Source: Octopus vulgaris (lineage: Eukaryota). Taken from it: a stretch of 64,000 nt of DNA. Position 1 is the stretch's first letter. Each line of letters starts with the position of its first letter. The notes under the pieces were generated by a model. It saw only the letters and a program-made list of their open reading frames with translations. It searched no databases and was not told the origin of the DNA. Below are positions 55,128 through 64,000 of this stretch, piece after piece. The DNA lies in the NCBI GenBank assembly GCA_951406725.2, contig OX597827.1:60016001-60080000 (forward strand), read 5' to 3'. Both the position numbers and the translations under genes were made by a program.

Positions 55128-55336
55128 AAATACTTCTTACGTGGTAGCAGGGTGTGCAAGAAGCAACCAAATCTTTGTTTTTCTGGGGGGAAAGGAGCTG
55201 TTTACGCAAGATTTCCATGTCACATTCATTGAAAGCAAGTGAAATAACCTGGAAAAGAAAAAAAAAACATGGAACAAAACTCCATTGCTGGGAAACTCAG
55301 AGTTTCCCGGAGACCCAACGGGTCGCGGGTTATCTA

Positions 55337-55390
<54 letters not shown>

Positions 55391-55550
55391 TTATAGTCTA
55401 ATATTGGTGCATAATATATGTACACACACCTCGCGCACACGCGCACACACAAACAGATACACTCACACACACACATACACACGCACACAGCTATATACAT
55501 ATATATATATATATATATCTATATGTATAGTTATATCCATATATATATCC

Positions 55551-55629
<79 letters not shown>

Positions 55630-55630
<1 letters not shown>

Positions 55631-55870
55631 AAAAAAATACAAACTGGGACAAGAACGCAAAACATTTAGAAGGCGAGACAAAAAACACGGACGGGACATT
55701 CAAAGCCTTCAATCTTCAGTCAAGAACCGGATCATCCTCGCAATTTCGGCTGATTAATCTTGAGATTGCTCCGATCTGGCCAGCCCCAAAGGAAAATCTA
55801 AGCCAAGAGCATTAGATTCCTTGGAAGAAAGCCTCGAATGTATACAAAATAAGGACGGAAAAACGGACGA
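55630..55870 (-). mobile_element. Unclassified structured interspersed repeat
   Basis: Second copy of the 32505-32772 family. Confidence 0.65.
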
Positions 55871-56414
55871 TGTTACACGAATAAGAATACACGTAAAAAC
55901 AATAATGATAATAATTATAACAAAGACAGGACGTCACAGACAGGCGTCTTTCGACAGAACGAGTAAACTTTGAGCTGGTGTGTTAGAAAAATGCCTTAGG
56001 GCAGAGAGAGAAAAAATGTGTCTTGCCGCGACATACTATCCAAAACAATTTAATTCGAGTCCAAGAGACTTAAAACTTCGCATGTTCCTTACAGAGACTT
56101 AGCTCTTTCAAACTCGGTTTCCCGAGCCTGGAAAAGCTAGATTTACTTGTTGCAGCCCATAAATTGCGGCCATGCTGAAGTCCATCTATACAAACGTGAA
56201 TACATTCCTCCGCCCTTCTCTCTCTCTCTCTCTCATACACACACAAATCACAGTTTCTCATACACCCTTCTATTTATGTGCGCATGTGAGAGTGGTACGT
56301 TAGCGTATGTATGAATGTACGTGCATATATATATGTGTGTATGTGTGTGTATGTATGTATGCATGTATATATATGTATATATACATACATATACTTATAA
56401 TATATAGATATTTC

Positions 56415-56451
<37 letters not shown>

Positions 56452-56657
56452 ATACACACATATATACACACACATATGCATGTACGTATATACTTAAAAC
56501 ATGTAAATATATATGTATGTGTATATATGTACATACATATAAATATATATATATATAAATATGTGTGTGGGTGTGTGTAGGTATCTATATACATGTATGT
56601 ATAAATAAATATATGCATATATATATGTATATGTATGTATGTCTGTATATACATATG

Positions 56658-56749
<92 letters not shown>

Positions 56750-57794
56750 TGTGTGTATGTATGTACGTATATATGTATATATGCATGTGTGTGTGGGGGG
56801 GGGTGTATTACCTCGACCCCCGCCTTAAAATTGTCTGTTCTGCAGCCAGATCTTTTTGGCACTTTTTTTCTTCCCTAACTCTCCCACGTCTCGCAGACAA
56901 TTATTACGGTCTGTGCCCTCATCCGGAACAAATTCCCACGCTGCCCCAACATATGCCTAGCTGCCCTCGGCATGTGTTAAAACACCGTGTTATTCAACTG
57001 TGACCCACTTCGAAATCGCTGTCTACCCCCCCACCCCCACCCCACCCCCTCATACACACAAGCACACACATACACTCATACACACTCACATACACGTATA
57101 CACGCACGCGCATACATACACATATTCACACAGACACACACATATACACAAGCACATACACATAATACACATACACATACAGACACGCACATAGACATAC
57201 ACACACGCACATACACATACGTATACAAACACGCACATACACATATACACACATATACATGCACACACACATGCACATACACATACACACAAATACACAT
57301 ACGCATACACACACACACACATACACACTCACAGAGGTGCAAACTTGGGGGTTTCTCACACACACCTAAATGTAGTCAATACATGGGCGCTTCTATGGGT
57401 TTGTGCCAGCGTAAGTTCACCTAGGTGTACACATATACATTAGCACACTCGTTTAGAGACAGACATATTGATACATATACACAGAAACACAAATACAGTC
57501 ATACATACAGGTATGTACAAATACATACACACGCGCACACACATGCACTGAAGCACACATAGAGGTTTCCCCACACATATACATCATAAACATATACATA
57601 AATGAATGTGTATTATAATAACACACACGTTTAGAGTGACACAAAGGAATACTGTGTGGTAAGTAGCTTGCTTCCCAGCCACATGGTTCCGGGTTCAGTC
57701 CCTCTGCGTGGAAACTTGGGCAGGTGACTGTTACTATAGCCTTGAGCCGACCAAAGCCTTGTGAGTGGATTAGGTAGACAGAAACCGAAAGAAG

Positions 57795-57843
<49 letters not shown>

Positions 57844-57844
57844 A

Positions 57845-58057
57845 AAATGTGAGCGCGTGTGTACCGTTGGCGATTCTTTTTCCTCCGTCTTCCCTTCTCT
57901 GGATCTTTCCTTTTCCTATGTTTCTGACGAAGAGCTCCGCTCGAAACGTAAAACCCTCCTTCTTCCCTTCCTTCCTGAGCGTCCAATAATACTATACTTG
58001 TTCCACGTCCTCGCGTTGTTGTGCTTTCTTTTTGTGTTTTCATGTTTGGATTAACTT
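57845..58057 (+). mobile_element. Short PLE-like non-autonomous element carrying a hammerhead
   Basis: 3' part homologous to the reverse complement of 33611-33695; related decayed copy at 20005-20145; ends in (TA)n. Confidence 0.65.
57920..57954 (+). ncRNA. Ultra-minimal type I hammerhead ribozyme (35 nt)
   Basis: gttt CTGACGA a gagc-tcc-gctc GAAA cg TA aaac. Confidence 0.78.
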
Positions 58058-58270
58058 TATATATATATATATAAATATATATATTGCACGGTGATCGCCA
58101 TAAGCTTTAAGCATATTTAAAAATACCATTATTACTATTAACAGGATTGTAAAAATGGCGCCGTACAAAAAACCATTCGCACCGAAAGCATATAGAAAGT
58201 TTGTTTACATATTAAAAAAAAAAAACGCACGAACCATTATAGTTCTTAAATTTGACAGGCAAAAGATGCG

Positions 58271-58342
58271 GATTCGCTGGTGTAAAGGTAACACATTTAG
58301 TCGAGTTAACGAAGGGATGTGAGTTCGATTCCCACGCGGATA
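58271..58342 (+). pseudogene. tRNA-like sequence (possibly Asn-GTT derived) between ~105-bp direct repeats
   Basis: Acceptor ATTCGC/GCGGAT, D stem GTGT/ACAC, T loop GTTCGATTC; anticodon stem disrupted. Confidence 0.55.
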
Positions 58343-58530
58343 GGAAAGCCCTATTTTTTTCTGTCGTATGCCCCTTAATTAGACTATTTCCTTAGACATT
58401 GCACGGTGATAGCTTTAAGCTTAGATAAAAATTCCATTATTATCATTTACAGGATTGTAAAAACGGCGCCGTATAGAAAAGTCATTTGCACCAAAAGATA
58501 TATGTATATATACACACATATATATAATGT

Positions 58531-58915
58531 TGGAAGCACTCCGTCGGTTACGACGACGAGGGTTCCGGTTGATCCGAATCAACGGAACAGCCTGCTCGTG
58601 AAATTAACGTGTAAGTGGCTGAGCACTCCACAGACACGTGTACCCTTAACGTAGTTCTCGGGGATATTCAGCGTGACACAGAGAGTGACAAGGCCGGCCC
58701 TTTGAAATACAGGTACAACAGAAACAGGAAGTAAGAGTGAGAGAAAGTTGTGGTGAAAGAGTACAGCAGGGATCACCACCATCCCCTGCCGGAGCCTCGT
58801 GGAGCTTTAGGTGTTTTCGCTCAATAAACAGTCACAACGCCCGGTCTGGGAATCGAAACCGCGATCCTATGACCGCGAGTCCGCTGCCCTAACCACTGGG
58901 CCATTGCGCCTCCAC
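58531..58915 (-). mobile_element. tRNA-derived SINE (head B, tail type 1)
   Basis: 12-bp TSD TATATATAATGT; near-identical to 490-877. Confidence 0.92.
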
Positions 58916-59126
58916 TATATATAATGTAACTACACGTAGACTGTTGGCGATTTTTTTCCGCCTTTTTTCTTTTGAATTTTCTTATGTTTCTTGTTTCTGA
59001 AACAACTACTTTTTCCTTCTCTGAGGATATCATTAATACTTTGCATGTACTATGTCCTGGCGTTGTTGTTTTCTTTCTTGTCTTTTTTCTCCGTTTTTAA
59101 TTACTATGTGTGTATGTGTGGTGTTT

Positions 59127-59213
<87 letters not shown>

Positions 59214-59389
59214 TTTGTTTATTGTGTCTGGGTACAGTCGTTCTCTTTTAGTGCCGTATTATTTAACACACACACCGGTTTGATTTCCACTCATTTATTT
59301 TTTCTGAAATTTTTATTGCGTCTTGCAACCTTCTAAAGATGCAACGAAAATTTTATAAAAAATAAGTAAATGAGTTGAAATTAAACCGG

Positions 59390-59925
59390 TGTATGTATGT
59401 ATATATGTATGTATGTATGTATGCATGTATGTATGTATGTATGTATGTATGTATGTATGTATGTATGTATGTATGTATGTATGTATGTATGTATGTATGT
59501 ATGTATGTATGTATGTATGTATGTATGTATGTATGTATGTATATATGTATGTATGCATGTATGTATGTATGTATGTATGTATGTATATATGTATGTATGC
59601 ATGTACGTATGTATGTATGTATGTATGTATGTATGTATGTATGTATGTATGTTTGTATGTATTTATGTATGTATGTATGTATGTATGCATGTACGTATGT
59701 ATGTATGTACGTATGTATGTATGTATGTATGTATGTATGTATGTATGTATGTACGTATGTATGTATGTATGTACGTACGTACGTATGTATGTATGTATGT
59801 ATGTATGTATGTATGTATGTATGTATGTATGTATGTATGTATGTATGTGGTATGCATGTACGTATGTATGTATGTATGTATGTATGTATGTATGTATGTA
59901 CGTACGTATGTATGTATGTATGTAT
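59390..59925. repeat. (TATG)n tetranucleotide array, ~530 bp
   Basis: Read directly; followed by a family A SINE tail. Confidence 0.92.
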
Positions 59926-61056
59926 ATAGTTATGTGTGTGTCTCTTTGTGTCTGTGCTTGTTCCCTCGCCATCACTTGACAACCGATGTCGATGCATTTA
60001 AGTTCCCGTAACCTAGCGGCTCGGCAAAAGAAACCGATAGAATAAGTACTAGGTTTACAAAGAATAAGTCCTGTGGTCGATTTCTTCGACTACAACCTGG
60101 CAGTGCTCCAGTAGGCAGCAGTCATACTGTAAACGAATAAAAGAATACACACAGACACATACTCATACATATAGGCATACGGTATATATACATACACACA
60201 TATACGCACACACATATAGACATAGAAATACATACATATGTACACATACCAAAATATATAGGCACACACACACACATACACACATATATAAACACAAATA
60301 CATAAGCACACACCCATAATATAGACACACACACATACACATATATAAACACAAATACATGGGACACGACTGGTTCTTTGAAATACAAGTACAACTCATT
60401 TTTGCCAGCAGAGTGGACTGAAGCGACTTGAGCCTTGCTCAAGAACAAAATGTGTCGCCGGAATTCGAACTCCGAAAGAACGATCGTGAGCCGAATACCC
60501 TAACCACTAAGCCACGCACTTTCACACTACTATTACAACTACTACAGTACAAAAACTACCACCGCCACAACCACTAGTACTATAAAATGATCACCACCAG
60601 TACAACCACTAATGCAAGCACAGCAACAAGAATTACCACAACACCATTCCTACTAATACCACCACCACAACTACTACTACTTCCACAACTACCTACCCCA
60701 CTACAACACCAACTACAACTATCCCAACAACCACTACCAACATAGCAGTTCTATCACCACCAGTAAACTATCAAGTCATTCGTTTTTCGCACGAGATTAT
60801 TTGCTGCTCTGATACAACTGAAAAGTACCACCCGGTTTACCTACATCCTCGCCCACCCCTCCGTCCCACCCGTCAAGACACCCTTGCCGCACTCCACTCG
60901 CTCCTGGCTTGTCACACGTTCCCTCAACCCAAACACCTTTACCCCCACCTCATTTCACTTCACAAACTGCAAATATTTACATCTTCCCTATTTGACGTAA
61001 CCTTTCTAATAAACAGTTTTCGGCTTCTTGACTGTTTACTAAATGTATGTATGAGT

Positions 61057-61145
<89 letters not shown>

Positions 61146-61461
61146 GATCTGCACGAGTGTATATACATAGGTGTATGCGTCTTTCCTAGTGTTCTATCAA
61201 TCTAGCCACAAGCTAACCACATATATATTGTTCTTACTCTTACCCTCTCGCATTTTCTAAATATTGCACAAGCAAACACACACACACATATATATATATA
61301 TATATGTATATGTATGCGTGTAGATGTAGATAGATTGATAGATAGGATATAGATGGATATAAACATGCATGTGTGTGTGTATGAAGAGAGGGTGGCAGAG
61401 AGAGAGAGAGAAAGAGAGAAATATATGCATACAAGCAGTCACACATATTTATAGATACGAA

Positions 61462-61542
<81 letters not shown>

Positions 61543-61906
61543 TTATACATATATACGTAAGTATTTATGTTCACACATACACACACATACAAACACACAC
61601 ACACATACATACATACATACATACATACATACATACATACATACATACATACATACATACATACATACATACCTGTCAACCACGCCACTACATATATCTA
61701 ATTTTCAGTACATACAGACATTTGGTCACCACTTTGGACCCTAAGCATATATATGTCAGATCTATCTATCCAGACCAGGCCTGCATTCTACCTTTTATGG
61801 GCATCGAACAGGACCCTCAGTTTTTGGGGACGTAGCAATCTAGTTTCCTTCAACAACCCTGCTAAACCAACTGAAAACATTTCAAGGATACAATAATGGT
61901 CTACAC

Positions 61907-62627
61907 CAGTGGTTCCCACACTCGTTGGCTTCAGGAACTTTTTGGCTCCAGGTTTTAGCGCCCGAACTTTTTTGCTCAAGGTTTTGGCTCCCGAACTTTT
62001 TGGCTCCAGGTTCTGGTTCCCAAACTTTCTGGCTCCAGGTTTTGGTTCCCGAACTTTTTGGCCCTAGGTTCTGGCTCCCGAACGTTTTGGCTCCCGAAAT
62101 TTATGGCTCCATGTTTTGGCTCCCGAACTTTTGGGCTCCAAGTTTCATACAAAACTATTTTTCCACGGACCGAGGAATCACGCGCTTAACAAAACATTAT
62201 AAAGAGCATGATATGTAATTCATATGGGAACGGAACAACGGAACAACCTGCTCGTGAAATAATGTGCAAGTGGCTGAGTACTCCGCAAACACGTGTATTC
62301 TTAACGTAGTTCTCAGGGAGATTCAGCGTAACGCAGGCTGTGACACGACTGGCCCTTTGAATTATAAGTACTACTCATTTTTGCCAGCTGAGCGAACTGG
62401 AGCAATGTGAAGTAAAGTGCCTTGCTCAAGGACCTAGCGTGTCACTGGAAATTGAACTCACTAAGCCAATCGCCTTCACCAATCCAATTATTGCATATAT
62501 AATACATATATATTACATATATAAGACGTATATAATGCAAAAACACCCTGCAGCTTATTTTAAAATTTGTTCATACTGTGCGGCCCTATAGTGAACATTC
62601 TAAGGCTTTGTACTGATCCGCGACCTA
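61907..62627 (+). mobile_element. hAT-Charlie-like non-autonomous element with amplified subterminal minisatellite and nested SINE (62229-62478)
   Basis: GTCTACAC then CAGTGGTTCCCA; ATTTTTCCACGGACCG and CTGTGCGGCCC motifs resemble MER1/Charlie-type elements; right TIR degraded. Confidence 0.55.
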
Positions 62628-63280
62628 GAATACAGAACCAAAATATATATGTTCGCAAGAGCCCAAAACCTTTGTATATATAAAATGCGATTTCACATAC
62701 GTGACATTGCCAAACCTCCGAAGTACACAAGTAACATCCTCAGAATTAGTTTAATTCCCCCTTCCATCTGATCACTTACTAACAATATACAGAATTCATT
62801 GAAAAGTTTATGTAAGCAATAACTTAAATATATTCGGTCCGAAATTCTTACAGGTCGGTCAATCAACCACCCTATATTAATATGGTTTCATATTATTGCC
62901 TAAATATCAAGGACAATGTCACTACTAAACAGACAAATATCTTTTCCATCTAAAAGAATACATATCCTATTTATTGACAAGGACTCACTCAACAACACAC
63001 TACAAGCTCATCAACGAGTACAGGCGATTAGATATGACTTTAAATCAAAGACCGAATGTTTTACAGGTCAGATTTCTGAAAATAAAAAAAATATCCGTAA
63101 ATTTTCTATAATTGTTCACAAGAAAATGGAGCAAGCAAACCGTTTTATTACATAAATTTACCGTTGTTTTATCGATATTCAATTTCAAGAGTATTGCTAT
63201 ATCATTAAATAACATAAGCAACTATAGATTCTTGACGTCGACTCTTCAGAGTTATTTATAAAATCCATTTGTGTGTGTAC

Positions 63281-63326
<46 letters not shown>

Positions 63327-63574
63327 CCTCTTATGGTATTAACTTTTTCCTAGCTACAAACTCAGTAAATTTATGACATGATGTCAATCAGGCCCCAGAG
63401 TCAAACGAATACGCCCACCCACGGTAGCAATTCAACGAGGCATTTAATATTTTGAAATGAAAGTTAATTACAGTGCGTATGTGACATATAAATTGGTAAA
63501 GTTTATTTGCTGTAATAATAACGAAGGAAAAAAGCATTAGTAGGTGGTATACAAGGACGAGGGTATGTATGTTG

Positions 63575-63634
<60 letters not shown>

Positions 63635-63829
63635 CCATGTGTGTGTGTGTCAGTGTGTATTGCAAAATTGTGTTTGCACATACCCACATACCCTCCCGCT
63701 TTGATTTCTCTTTCTCTACCGTAAACTCTTATTCTCCGCTCCCGACAAAACTTTCACGTACCATCATAACTTTATTCTGAATGATTTTTTTGATGTATTG
63801 TACCTGACTATTTTCCTCTCTCTCCCCAC

Positions 63830-64000
63830 AACAATGTTCCTTCTCGAGCCATGCCAGGCTCATAAGGGCCGGTTTCCCGGTTTCAGTGGCGTAGAAATTA
63901 CTCACCTTGACGGAACGCCGGTCCGTCACAGAATTACTCATTTTTGCCAGCTGAGTGGACTGGAGTAACGTGAAAAATGAAGTGTTTTGCTCAAGAACAC
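63830..64000 (-). mobile_element. CORE-type SINE (tail type 3-like), runs off the window
   Basis: ACTCATTTTTGCCAGCTGAGTGGACTGGAG...GTTTTGCTCAAGAACAC. Confidence 0.8.

Overview
Repeat-saturated eukaryotic non-coding DNA, most likely from an octopod cephalopod (inferred from the tRNA-derived SINE families and the extreme (TA)n/(CA)n/(TATG)n/(GGT)n microsatellite load). I see no credible host protein-coding exon; nearly all supplied ORFs are translations of simple repeats. The window holds dozens of tRNA-derived SINE copies of four head/body types with swapped tails. It also holds a decayed CR1/L2-type LINE 3' end, a decayed Penelope-like (PLE) RT-tail/GIY-YIG fragment, a Helitron-like element with an internal A/T satellite, several MITE/foldback elements and a diverged 18S rRNA fragment ending in a (TAA)n tail. 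The most notable signal is at least 7-9 minimal or variant type I hammerhead ribozyme motifs in unrelated short non-coding elements. Several lie between long inverted or direct repeats (PLE pLTR-like), one is split by a SINE insertion, and one is the tail of a Pol III tRNA-headed SINE-like element. All calls are by eye and coordinates are approximate.
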